A program made the position numbers and the translations under genes. Below are positions 19,805 to 27,863 of a DNA stretch of 64,000 nt, piece after piece. The stretch lies in assembly GCA_963816975.1 (NCBI GenBank), contig CAWFMD010000001.1:223479-287478 (forward strand), given 5' to 3'. A model generated the notes under the pieces. It did no database searches. It was not told the DNA's origin and saw only the letters and a list, made by a program, of their open reading frames with translations. Position 1 is the stretch's first letter, and each line of letters begins with the position of its first letter. The stretch comes from an uncultured Solirubrobacterales bacterium (lineage in GTDB: Bacteria; Actinomycetota; Thermoleophilia; Solirubrobacterales; JBBDJG01).

Positions 19805-20839
19805 ATGCAGGCCGTCACGTTCCAGGCGCCCGGCGAGGTCCGGGTCGAGGACTGTCCCGAGCCCGACCTGCTCGCACCCGATGACGCAATCGTGCAGGTC
19901 GAGGCCACCGGCGTGTGCGGGTCGGATCTGCACATCTACCACGGGCGAGTGAAGATCGAGCCGGGCTTCATCATCGGCCACGAGTACGTCGGCGAGGTGA
20001 TCGCCGCGGGCGACGCCGTGACCAAGGTGGACGTGGGCGATCGTGTGCTCGGCTGCTTCCACACGGCGTGTGGCTCGTGCTTCTTCTGCATGCGCGGCGC
20101 GTACCACAAGTGCGACGAGGCGCGGGTGTTCGGTCACGGCGCGACGCTCGGCTCGCTCCAGGGAGCGCAGGCGGAGCAGGTGCTCGTCCCGCGCGCGAAC
20201 CTGACGCTGCGGCGCGTGCCCGACGGCATGTCGGACGACGCGGCGCTGTTCGCCGGCGACGTGATGGGCACCGGCTATCACTCGGTCGTCGCCGCGGGCC
20301 TGAAGCCGGGGGACACCGTGGTTGTGCTCGGGCTCGGGCCCGTCGGTCTGTGTGCCGTGCAGGCTGCTCGCGCATGCGGAGCCGCGCGTGTGATCGGCGT
20401 CGACACCGTTGCCGATCGGCTTGCCGTCGCGCGCTCGTTCGGCGCTGAGGCTGTGCATCTGAGCGAGCAGGATCCCCGCGCCGCCGTCAAGTCCGCCACC
20501 GGCGGTCGCGGCGCCGACGTGGTCGTCGATGCGGTTGGCCATCCGGACGCGCTCGACATGGCGTGCCGCATGGCCCGCAAGGCCGGAACCGTGTCGGTGG
20601 TCGGGGTGTACGCCGAGCGCTGTGAGCTGCACATGGGCGTGGTGTGGATCAAGGCGCTCCGGATGGTCACCGGGCACGCGAATGTGATCGCGCACGTCGA
20701 CTCGGTGCTGGCGATGATGGCCGCCGGGCTGCTCGACCCGACGCCGCTCGTCAGCCGCCACATGAAGCTCGAGGACGCACCCGCCGCGTACGAGGCCTAC
20801 GCCAACCGGGAGGCCCTCAAGATAGTGATGTCACCCTGA
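19805..20839 (+). CDS. Zinc-dependent alcohol dehydrogenase family protein
   Basis: Motifs GVCGSDLH, GHEYVGEV, structural-zinc cysteines CGSCFFC...C, and GLGPVGL. Confidence 0.9.
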   Translation: MQAVTFQAPGEVRVEDCPEPDLLAPDDAIVQVEATGVCGSDLHIYHGRVKIEPGFIIGHEYVGEVIAAGDAVTKVDVGDRVLGCFHTACGSCFFCMRGAYHKCDEARVFGHGATLGSLQGAQAEQVLVPRANLTLRRVPDGMSDDAALFAGDVMGTGYHSVVAAGLKPGDTVVVLGLGPVGLCAVQAARACGAARVIGVDTVADRLAVARSFGAEAVHLSEQDPRAAVKSATGGRGADVVVDAVGHPDALDMACRMARKAGTVSVVGVYAERCELHMGVVWIKALRMVTGHANVIAHVDSVLAMMAAGLLDPTPLVSRHMKLEDAPAAYEAYANREALKIVMSP

Positions 20840-20860
20840 CACTCCGATGAAGGGACTTCG

Positions 20861-22354
20861 ATGACCGTCACCGCCCCGCCCGACTCGCTCTCCGACGCGG
20901 CTCGTCGCTTCCTCGAGGGCCCGAAGCAGCTGCTGATCGGTGGCGCGTGGACCGCGGCCGCGGACGGCCGCACCTTCGAGTCGATCGACCCCGCGACCGG
21001 CGAGGCGATCGCCGAGGTCGCGCAGGGGGGCGCCGCGGACGTCGACGCCGCGGTGCAGGCCGCGCGCGCCGCCTACGAGGACGGGAGCCCGTGGCGCACA
21101 CTGAACGCGGGCGCGCGCGGGCAGCTGCTGAACGTCCTCGCCGACCTGGTGGACGAGCACGCGCAGGAGCTCGCCGAGCTCGAGTCGCTCGACAACGGCA
21201 AGCCGGTCACCTATGCGCGCACGATCGACGTCGGGCTCACCTCCTCCCACTTCCGCTACTTCGCCGGTTGGCCGACCAAGATCGAGGGCGAGGTGATCCC
21301 GGTCACCGGAGGTGACGGGATGCTCGTCTATACGCGCAGGGAGCCGGTCGGCGTCGCGGGCCAGATCATTCCCTGGAACTTCCCGCTGATGATGGCCGCG
21401 TGGAAGCTGGCGCCGGCGCTCGCGGCCGGCTGCACGGCGGTGCTGAAGCCCGCGGAGCAGACGCCGCTGACGGCGCTGCGGCTCGGCGAGCTGGCGCTCG
21501 AGGCGGGAATCCCGGCGGGCGTGGTGAACGTCGTGACGGGCGACGGGGAGACCGGCGCGGCACTCGTCGACCACCCGGGCGTGGACAAGCTCTCGTTCAC
21601 CGGCTCGACCGCTGTCGGGCGCGAGATCGGCGAGCGGGCGGGCCGCGCACTGAAGCGCGTGACGCTGGAGCTGGGCGGCAAGTCGCCCAACATCATCCTG
21701 CCGGATGCCAACCTGAAGGCCGCGATCGGCGGCTCGTTCCAGGGGATCTACTTCAACACGGGCCAGGCGTGCAACGCGGGCTCGCGGCTGTTCGTGCACA
21801 AGGACCAGTTCGACGATGTCGTGTCCGCCCTCGCGGAGCGCGCCCCGAAGATGAAGATGGGCCCGGGGCTCGCGCCGGACACGCAGCTCGGTCCGGTCGT
21901 GTCCGCCGAGCAGCTCGAACGCGTGACGGGATACATCGAGCGGGGCAAGGCAGAAGGCGCGGAGCTGGTCACAGGTGGCGGCGGGCGCAGCCCCGGCTAC
22001 TTCGTCGAGCCCACGCTGTTCACCACAACCTCCGACGACATCGCGATCACGCGCGAGGAGATCTTCGGCCCGGTGCTCGTCGCACAGCCCTACGACTCGA
22101 TCGAGGAGGTCGCGCATCGCGCGAACGACACCGAGTACGGGCTCGCGGCAGGGGTGTGGACGCGCGACATCGGGAGCGCGCACCGCCTCGCCGGGCTGCT
22201 GCGCGCCGGCACCGTGTACGTGAACGTGTGGGGCCTGACGGACCCCGCGGCGCCGTTTGGGGGGTTCAAGGCTTCGGGGATCGGCCGGGAGCACGGCCGC
22301 GCGGGACTCGAGGAGTACCTCGAGACGAAGACCGTCTGGACCAGCCTCAGTTGA
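20861..22354 (+). CDS. NAD(P)-dependent aldehyde dehydrogenase
   Basis: ELGGKSP, the catalytic Cys in GQACNAGSR, and EEIFGPV. Confidence 0.95.
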   Translation: MTVTAPPDSLSDAARRFLEGPKQLLIGGAWTAAADGRTFESIDPATGEAIAEVAQGGAADVDAAVQAARAAYEDGSPWRTLNAGARGQLLNVLADLVDEHAQELAELESLDNGKPVTYARTIDVGLTSSHFRYFAGWPTKIEGEVIPVTGGDGMLVYTRREPVGVAGQIIPWNFPLMMAAWKLAPALAAGCTAVLKPAEQTPLTALRLGELALEAGIPAGVVNVVTGDGETGAALVDHPGVDKLSFTGSTAVGREIGERAGRALKRVTLELGGKSPNIILPDANLKAAIGGSFQGIYFNTGQACNAGSRLFVHKDQFDDVVSALAERAPKMKMGPGLAPDTQLGPVVSAEQLERVTGYIERGKAEGAELVTGGGGRSPGYFVEPTLFTTTSDDIAITREEIFGPVLVAQPYDSIEEVAHRANDTEYGLAAGVWTRDIGSAHRLAGLLRAGTVYVNVWGLTDPAAPFGGFKASGIGREHGRAGLEEYLETKTVWTSLS

Positions 22355-22506
22355 AGCGCGGCATCGTCGCGGAGCAACCGGTGTGCGCGGGCTGCGAGGC
22401 GCCCGGGCAGCGTCTCGGGAAGAAGTGCCCGCGGTGCGGTCGCCGCTACTGGGGGGGCGGACTGTGGCGGCTGCTGTTCGGCGGCGGGCCGCGCGTCAAG
22501 CACTGA
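22351..22506 (+). CDS. Candidate small zinc-ribbon protein (51 aa)
   Basis: TTG overlaps the ALDH stop (TTGA). CAGC-x10-CPRC motif. Third-position GC is very high in an otherwise intergenic gap. The 3' end overlaps arsC by 11 nt. Confidence 0.4.
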   Translation: MKRGIVAEQPVCAGCEAPGQRLGKKCPRCGRRYWGGGLWRLLFGGGPRVKH

Positions 22507-22888
22507 GCTCGCCCAGGAGCTCCTCTACCCGCACGGAGATGTCGTCGCGGATGCGGCGCACCTCCTCCAGCGGCCGCCCCTTTGGATCGGGCAGGTCCCA
22601 GTCGATGTAGCGCCTGCCCGGGATGTAGGGGCATTCGTCGCCGCAGCCCATCGTGACCACGACGTCAGCCCATTGCGCGAGCTCGTCGGTCAGCCCCTGC
22701 GGCACCCGCCCGGACACGTCAAGGTCGAGCTCGCGCAGCACCTCGACGACCTCGGGGTGCACGCGCTCACCGGGGGTCGTCCCGGCCGAGCGCGCCTCGT
22801 GCACCCCGCCGGCCACGCGCTCGAACAGCGCCTCGCTGATCTGGGAGCGGCCCGCGTTGTGCAGGCAGACGAACAGCACGCGCGCCAT
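22496..22888 (-). CDS. arsC: Arsenate reductase, LMW-PTP type
   Basis: The CLHNAGRS P-loop (CX5R-S) sits near the N-terminus and DECPYIP follows. The ATG overlaps the upstream stop by 1 nt. Confidence 0.9.
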   Translation of the reverse strand: MARVLFVCLHNAGRSQISEALFERVAGGVHEARSAGTTPGERVHPEVVEVLRELDLDVSGRVPQGLTDELAQWADVVVTMGCGDECPYIPGRRYIDWDLPDPKGRPLEEVRRIRDDISVRVEELLGELSA

Positions 22889-23568
22889 CAGGAGCTGGTC
22901 TCGGCGCGCACGAGCTGATACGCAAGCGCGCCGATGGCCGCCCCCGCAACCGGTCCCACCACGTACAGCCAGAAGTCGCTCCACTCGCCGGCGGCGAGGG
23001 CCGGGCCGAGCGAGCGGGCCGGGTTCATGGAAGCGCCGGTCACCGGGCCGCCGAACAGGGCGTCCAATCCCACGGTTCCCCCGATCGCGATCGCCGCGCC
23101 GGCGCCGACCGCGCGCGTGTCGGTCGCCACCGCGACGATCACGAACATCAGGAACGCGGTCAGGACCCCCTCGTACACGAGCGCGGTTCCCGATCCGACG
23201 GTGGGCACGGTCGCGCCGAGGCGCGCGGGCTCATCCGTCCACAGGACCGCCAGCAGCAGGGCCGCGACCACCGCACCGGCGCATTGCGCGGCCACGTATC
23301 CGATGGCCTCGCGGGCCGGGAAGTGTCGCGTCAGCGTGAATGCGATGGTGACCGCCGGATTGATGTGCGCGCCCGAGAGGTGCCCTGTCGCGTACACCAT
23401 CGCCATGATCACGAGCCCGAACACCAGCGCGATCCCGACGGAGCCGAGGCTCTCGTCGTAGCGCGCATTCGCAACGATCGCGCCGCATCCGGCGAACACG
23501 AGCGCAAACGCCGCCAGGCCCTCCGCGAGGGCCCGCCGCGGCAGCCCCGGGCGCGCCGCAGTGCTCAC
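22888..23568 (-). CDS. MIP-family channel (aquaglyceroporin, AqpS-like arsenite channel candidate)
   Basis: Two NPA boxes (HINPAVT, MNPARS) and six hydrophobic helices. The GTG start overlaps the upstream stop (GTGA). Confidence 0.9.
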   Translation of the reverse strand: MSTAARPGLPRRALAEGLAAFALVFAGCGAIVANARYDESLGSVGIALVFGLVIMAMVYATGHLSGAHINPAVTIAFTLTRHFPAREAIGYVAAQCAGAVVAALLLAVLWTDEPARLGATVPTVGSGTALVYEGVLTAFLMFVIVAVATDTRAVGAGAAIAIGGTVGLDALFGGPVTGASMNPARSLGPALAAGEWSDFWLYVVGPVAGAAIGALAYQLVRAETSS

Positions 23569-24407
23569 GCCGCCGGGTCGAGGGAAACCCCGATGATCTT
23601 CAGCCGGCGGGTGAGCGCGTTCAGCCCGTACGCGCCGAGCGCGCCGTCCGCGACTCCGAGCACGTCCCATGCGCCCTCGCTCGGGGGCGACACGGACTCC
23701 GCCACGGCGGGGAGCAGGTCGATCAGGCGCCGCCGCACCACCTCTGCCATCGCCGGGTCCGCCTGCACGGCGTTGCGCAGGAAGTATGTGCCCCACGCGA
23801 TGTGCCGCTGCTCGTCGGCGGCAATCTTCCCGTAGCCGTCGACGAAACCGGGCAGCACGCCGCGCGCTGCGAGGAAGTCGAGCAGGAAGTGGGATGCCGT
23901 GATCCCCAGCGTGCCCTCGATCACCATGTGGTAGACCGTCACGAAGTCGACCTTTGCCTCCCGGTTGCGGGGGTCGCCGCGCAGCCGGTCGTGGGCGTCC
24001 ACCAGCGCCTCGTCGAACACCTTCCTGAAGGGGGCGCCGAGCACCTCGCGGGCGCGCGCGACGTGCGCCCCGATCGCCGCGGGGTCCGCGATCACTTCGT
24101 TCTGGAAGCGCGCGTAGAACTGCATGTGGCGCACCTCGTCGACCAGTTGGGTGGACAGGTAGCTGCCCTCCTCCTCGTCGTCCTGTGCGAGCACCAGGCC
24201 GCAGAACTGCGTCGAGATGCGCTCCTCGGCGACCATCAGCGAGCTCAGGACCCAATAGAGGAGGTCGCGCTCGCCTGCCGCGAGCGCCACCCAGTCGGCG
24301 GGGTCGCGGCGCAGGTCGACGTCCTGCGCCGCCCAGTGCGCGCGTTCCCAGTCCTCGTACAGCTGCTGCGGGGTGCGCAGCCCCGGCTGCGCGACCTCCA
24401 CGCTCAT
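23565..24407 (-). CDS. Ribonucleotide-reductase-R2-like / ferritin-like di-metal carboxylate protein
   Basis: Ligand pattern E (MVAEERI), ExxH (VDEVRH), E (MVIEGTL), ExxH (ADEQRH). A Tyr lies 4 residues after the first His (HMQFY). ATGA overlap with the upstream VOC gene. Confidence 0.85.
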   Translation of the reverse strand: MSVEVAQPGLRTPQQLYEDWERAHWAAQDVDLRRDPADWVALAAGERDLLYWVLSSLMVAEERISTQFCGLVLAQDDEEEGSYLSTQLVDEVRHMQFYARFQNEVIADPAAIGAHVARAREVLGAPFRKVFDEALVDAHDRLRGDPRNREAKVDFVTVYHMVIEGTLGITASHFLLDFLAARGVLPGFVDGYGKIAADEQRHIAWGTYFLRNAVQADPAMAEVVRRRLIDLLPAVAESVSPPSEGAWDVLGVADGALGAYGLNALTRRLKIIGVSLDPAA

Positions 24408-24832
24408 GATGCGCAGCAGGCGGGTGCGGCCTCGGCATCCGCCTGCGCGTCGTGTTCGACGTCCTCCAGCACCGTGAACACCTCCCACGGCGTGCCGTCG
24501 GGGTCCGTCACCCAGATCTTGTCCTGTCGCGCGTAGCAGCACGTCGTGTCCATCTCGTCGAAGGTCGCGAGTCCCGCCCGCTTCAGCCGCAGGCGGGTGG
24601 CGAGTACCTCGTCGGTCGACGAGACCTTGATGCCGCCGTGGTTGAAGGCGCCGAGGCCTGTGCCGCGCTCGCCCTCGATCAGCGCGAGCACGATGCCCGG
24701 GTCGTCGGGCTCGAACTTCACGTAGCCAGGGCGCTGCTTTGCCGGCTCGACGTCGAGCAACGCGCGGTAGAAGGGAGTGGCGCGGTCCACGTCGGTGACG
24801 GTGATCGCGAGGTGCGGCTTCATCTCAGCCAT
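24404..24832 (-). CDS. ArsI/CadI-family VOC (glyoxalase-fold) protein
   Basis: DTTCCYARQDKIWVTDPDGTPWEVF contains the vicinal Cys pair, and NHGG is upstream. This matches my memory of ArsI C-As lyase and CadI. Confidence 0.85.
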   Translation of the reverse strand: MAEMKPHLAITVTDVDRATPFYRALLDVEPAKQRPGYVKFEPDDPGIVLALIEGERGTGLGAFNHGGIKVSSTDEVLATRLRLKRAGLATFDEMDTTCCYARQDKIWVTDPDGTPWEVFTVLEDVEHDAQADAEAAPACCAS

Positions 24833-25173
24833 GTCGAAAGCTCCTTGGTCGCTTCGGGGATCACGTAGTAGTAGGCCCACAGCCCGCTCCGCTCGACGTC
24901 CACGAGCCCAGCCTCGCGCAGCACCTTGAGGTGATGGGAGACCGTCGGCTGTGACACGTCGAACAGCGGCGTCAGCTCGCATACACACACCTTTCCGGCG
25001 TGCTTGCCCAGGACGTCCACGAGCTGGACCCGGATCGGATCGGACAGCGCGCGGGCCACGAGCGCGATCCGCTCGGCCTGGTCCGGCGTGACCGCGGGGT
25101 GCACGAGCGGCTCGCAGCACGGCTGCCCCGCCGGGCGCTTCACCTTCGGCTCTGTCCTGAGTCCGGTTGCCAT
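24820..25173 (-). CDS. arsR: ArsR/SmtB-family metalloregulator
   Basis: CVCEL metal site and the wHTH QPTVSHHLKVLREAGLV. Confidence 0.9.
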   Translation of the reverse strand: MATGLRTEPKVKRPAGQPCCEPLVHPAVTPDQAERIALVARALSDPIRVQLVDVLGKHAGKVCVCELTPLFDVSQPTVSHHLKVLREAGLVDVERSGLWAYYYVIPEATKELSTWLR

Positions 25174-25227
25174 ATCTGTAGTGATAGCAGATTACATAGA
25201 CAAACGTCAATGCAATTGAGGTGCTTC
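25174..25227 (-). promoter_or_regulatory. Candidate ars promoter/operator region (AT-rich, divergent with the M20 gene)
   Basis: The minus-sense strand reads TTGACG-18 nt-TATCAC-7 nt-ATG of arsR, suggesting a possible leaderless transcript. A short inverted repeat ATCTG-N9-CAGAT (25174-25192) overlaps the -10. Confidence 0.3.
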
Positions 25228-26547
25228 ATGATCAGCCCGATGGCGCTCGCACAGGAGGCAACGGAGCTGCTCCAGCGGCTGATCCGGTTCAACACGGTCA
25301 ATCCCCCGGGCAACGAGCGGCCCGCTCAGGAGATGCTGCGGAAGGCGCTCGAGGCCGCCGGGTTCGAGTGCGAGCTGGTGGGCGCCACACACGACCGGCC
25401 CAACCTGATCGCGCGGCTGCCCGGGAGCGCCCGCGGAAAGCGGCTTTGCTACCTGAGTCACGTCGACACCGTCCTCGCCGATGCGTCCGAGTGGAGCGTC
25501 GACCCATGGTCGGGGGAGATCAAGGACGGGTACGTCTGGGGCAGGGGGGCGCTCGACATGAAGGGCCAGGTCGCGTGCGAAGTTGCCGCCGCCTGCAGCC
25601 TCGGCAGCTCTGGCTGGCGGCCCGAACGTGGTGAGCTGCTGGTGATCGTGACCTGCGACGAGGAGGCGGGCGCCACCTTCGGGGCGCAGTGGCTGTGCGA
25701 GCACGTGCCCGAAAAGGTGCGCTGCGACATGGTCGTGAACGAGGGAGCGGGTGAGGTGCTCGACTTCCGGGGCCGGCGCATGTACACGCTCTGCGTCGGC
25801 GAGAAGGGCGTGTTCCGGTTCAAGCTGACCACCCACGGGCGGGCCGGGCACGCCTCGATGCCGGGGATCGGCGACAACGCGCTGCTGCGCATGGTCGATG
25901 TGCTGGGCCGGCTCGACGGCCGCCAGCCTCCGTTCGATGCGTACCCCGCCGGGATCGCGTGCCTCGAGGCGCTGACGGGCGCCCCGGTCGATGACGTGGC
26001 GGCGGCGCTTGCCCAGGTGCGCGCCGCCGAGCCCCGGCTGGCGGACCAGTTCGAGTCGATGATGCGCGTGACGCTGGCCCCCACGATGATCCGCGCCTCG
26101 GAGAAGGAGAACGTGATCCCGTCGCGCTGCACGGTCCGCGTCGACTGCCGTGTCCCTCCGGGCAGCGGCGAGGAGCACGTGCGCCGCCGTGTCACGGAGC
26201 TGCTCGGCTCCGAGCGGGAGGGCGGCTACGCGCTCGAGTTCAGCGAGCAGGTCGTCGGCAACAGCTCAGCGCCAGACACCGAGCTGACGGGGTTCCTGCG
26301 CGAGTATGTCGGTCGCGCCGATCCCGGAGCCCGGCTTTTGCCGCTGGTATTGACGGGTTTTACGGACAGCCATTGGTTTCGGAAGGCGTTTCCTGGGTGC
26401 GTCGCCTATGGCTTCTTTCCCCAGCGCGCCATGTCGCGTTGGGACACGACACCACTGATACACGCACCGGACGAACGCGTCGCAATCGCCGATATCGAGT
26501 TCGCCGCGCGGTTCTTCAGCGAGCTTGCCCCCGCCGTTTTGCGCTAA
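25228..26547 (+). CDS. M20-family metallopeptidase (dipeptidase/deacylase)
   Basis: LIRFNTVNPPGNE, SHVDTV, GRGALDMKG, CDEE. Paralog of 37827-39164. Confidence 0.9.
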   Translation: MISPMALAQEATELLQRLIRFNTVNPPGNERPAQEMLRKALEAAGFECELVGATHDRPNLIARLPGSARGKRLCYLSHVDTVLADASEWSVDPWSGEIKDGYVWGRGALDMKGQVACEVAAACSLGSSGWRPERGELLVIVTCDEEAGATFGAQWLCEHVPEKVRCDMVVNEGAGEVLDFRGRRMYTLCVGEKGVFRFKLTTHGRAGHASMPGIGDNALLRMVDVLGRLDGRQPPFDAYPAGIACLEALTGAPVDDVAAALAQVRAAEPRLADQFESMMRVTLAPTMIRASEKENVIPSRCTVRVDCRVPPGSGEEHVRRRVTELLGSEREGGYALEFSEQVVGNSSAPDTELTGFLREYVGRADPGARLLPLVLTGFTDSHWFRKAFPGCVAYGFFPQRAMSRWDTTPLIHAPDERVAIADIEFAARFFSELAPAVLR

Positions 26548-26646
26548 CAGGTAACGGCTTCGCGCGCAAGGTGCTCGAAATTGCGGCTTGCGTTGGCATC
26601 CGGCGTATGAAATAAACATCGCTCGTCCCCTAGCGAGAGGAGTGAG

Positions 26647-27195
26647 ATGTCTCCAGCGGCTCGCAGATCTTCCACGCGCAAGAAAGCGGGCGGTGCCCGC
26701 AAGAAGACCGCACGTAAAAGCACCGCGCGGAAGAGTACGGCGCGGAAGTCGACCGCACGGAAGACCACCGCACGGAAGAAGACGGCTCGTCGCCCGGCGC
26801 GTAAGACGGCAGCCCGCAAGAAGACAGCGGCACGCAAGACCACCGCACGGAAGAAGACGGCTCGTCGCCCGGCGCGCAAGAAGACAGCGGCACGCAAGAC
26901 CACCGCACGGAAGAAGACGGCACGCAAGACGACCGCACGGAAGAAGACCGCGCGCAAGCCGGCACGCAAGACGACCGCACGGAAGAAGACCGCGCGCAAG
27001 CCGGCGCGTAAGAAGACGGCGGCCCGCAAGACCACGGCCCGCAAGAAGACCGCAAGGAAGCCGGCCCGGAAGACCACGGCCCGCAAGAAGACCGCACGGA
27101 AGAAGGCCGCTCGCCGTCCGGCCCGCAAGACCACGGCCCGTCGCAAGACGACGGCCCGTAAGCCGGCCCGTCGCAAGACGGCCCGGCGGCGCTAG
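26647..27195 (+). CDS. Histone-H1-like, Lys/Arg/Ala/Thr tandem-repeat basic protein (candidate nucleoid-associated protein)
   Basis: 182 aa made almost entirely of (K/R)(K)T(A)ARK and PARK units. RBS GAGAGGAG precedes the ATG, and a strong hairpin follows the stop. Confidence 0.8.
   Translation: MSPAARRSSTRKKAGGARKKTARKSTARKSTARKSTARKTTARKKTARRPARKTAARKKTAARKTTARKKTARRPARKKTAARKTTARKKTARKTTARKKTARKPARKTTARKKTARKPARKKTAARKTTARKKTARKPARKTTARKKTARKKAARRPARKTTARRKTTARKPARRKTARRR
26680..27192. repeat. In-frame tandem DNA repeats (12-15 nt base period, with nested units of roughly 45 and 75 nt)
   Basis: Near-identical blocks recur, such as aagaccaccgcacggaagaagacggctcgtcgcccggcgcg (twice) and caagacgaccgcacggaagaagaccgcgcgcaagccgg (twice). 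All periods are multiples of 3. Confidence 0.8.
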
Positions 27196-27217
27196 CGCAG
27201 GCGATCGGGACCTGTTG

Positions 27218-27244
27218 AAAGGGGCGGCCGGCGGCCGCCCCTTT
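27218..27244 (+). terminator. Intrinsic terminator candidate
   Basis: aaaggggcggcc-ggc-ggccgccccttt forms a perfect 12-bp stem 23 nt after the stop. Confidence 0.6.
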
Positions 27245-27265
27245 GCGTTCCGGACCGGCAGTCGC

Positions 27266-27302
27266 TTGACCGGGCCGGCCCCTTATACCTAGAATCTAGG
27301 TA
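27266..27302 (+). promoter_or_regulatory. Candidate padR promoter with overlapping operator palindrome
   Basis: TTGACC (27266-27271), 18 nt, then TAGAAT (27290-27295). A perfect 8-1-8 palindrome TACCTAGAaTCTAGGTA (27286-27302) ends 3 nt before the ATG. Confidence 0.5.
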
Positions 27303-27305
27303 CAG

Positions 27306-27863
27306 ATGAAGTACTCGGTGCTCGGGTTCCTGATCGACCAGCCGATGCACGGCTACGCGTTGAAGCGCGTCCTGTCACCGGCCCTGCCGCGCGGGCAGCA
27401 CGTGAACGACGGGATCCTGTATCCCCTGTTGAAACGATTGGAGACGGACGGGCTCGTGCGCAAGCGCGTCGAGCGTGGTCGCGGCGGCCGCGATCGAAAC
27501 GTGTTCCACGCGACCGCAAAGGGGCGGCGCGAGTTCGAGGGGTGGCTCGCGGGCCCGGACGACGAACGCGATCAGGTCGCCTACGACTTCCTGCTCGGTC
27601 ATCCGTTCCTGATCAAGTGCCTGTTCTTCGCCAACCTCACCCCTGCGCAGGTGCGCGCGAAGCTCGGTGCGCAGCTGGCCGATTGCTCCGAGAAGCTCGA
27701 GACGTTCGAGCGCATTCGCGCGCGCATGATCGAGCGCGAGGTGGACACGCATCGCATCGCGGTGCTCGACCTTGGAATCGCACAACAGAAGGAGAAGGAA
27801 CGATGGCTGAAGCGAATGATCCGGCAAACGCGGGGGCGCGGGGCCTCACGGAGCGCGGCGTGA
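27306..27863 (+). CDS. PadR-family transcriptional regulator
   Basis: GYALKRVL...GILYPLLKRLETDGLV plus a C-terminal helical domain. Confidence 0.9.
   Translation: MKYSVLGFLIDQPMHGYALKRVLSPALPRGQHVNDGILYPLLKRLETDGLVRKRVERGRGGRDRNVFHATAKGRREFEGWLAGPDDERDQVAYDFLLGHPFLIKCLFFANLTPAQVRAKLGAQLADCSEKLETFERIRARMIEREVDTHRIAVLDLGIAQQKEKERWLKRMIRQTRGRGASRSAA

Noticed and set aside
17720-20761. A 1013-aa minus-strand ORF spanning the epimerase, SDR and ADH genes
   Set aside because: It is antisense to three well-supported plus-strand genes. Its composition is Arg/His/Gly/Asp-rich with no motifs. Only its last 94 codons (17720-18004), which lie in a real gap, look like a gene.
22888-24542. Long N-terminal extensions of the MIP (516 aa) and R2-like (325 aa) ORFs
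   Set aside because: The extensions are Arg/Pro/Gly junk that overlaps the upstream genes. Internal GTG 23568 and ATG 24407 give standard-length proteins and the classic 4-nt start/stop overlaps.
26544-27176. A 210-aa antisense ORF (RAVVLRAGRRAAFFRAV...) and the idea that the 26.7-27.2 kb repeats form a CRISPR-like or non-coding array
   Set aside because: The antisense frame is simply the complement of the Lys/Arg repeat gene. The repeats are contiguous with no unique spacers. All periods are multiples of 3, and the sense frame has an RBS, a start, a stop and a terminator.
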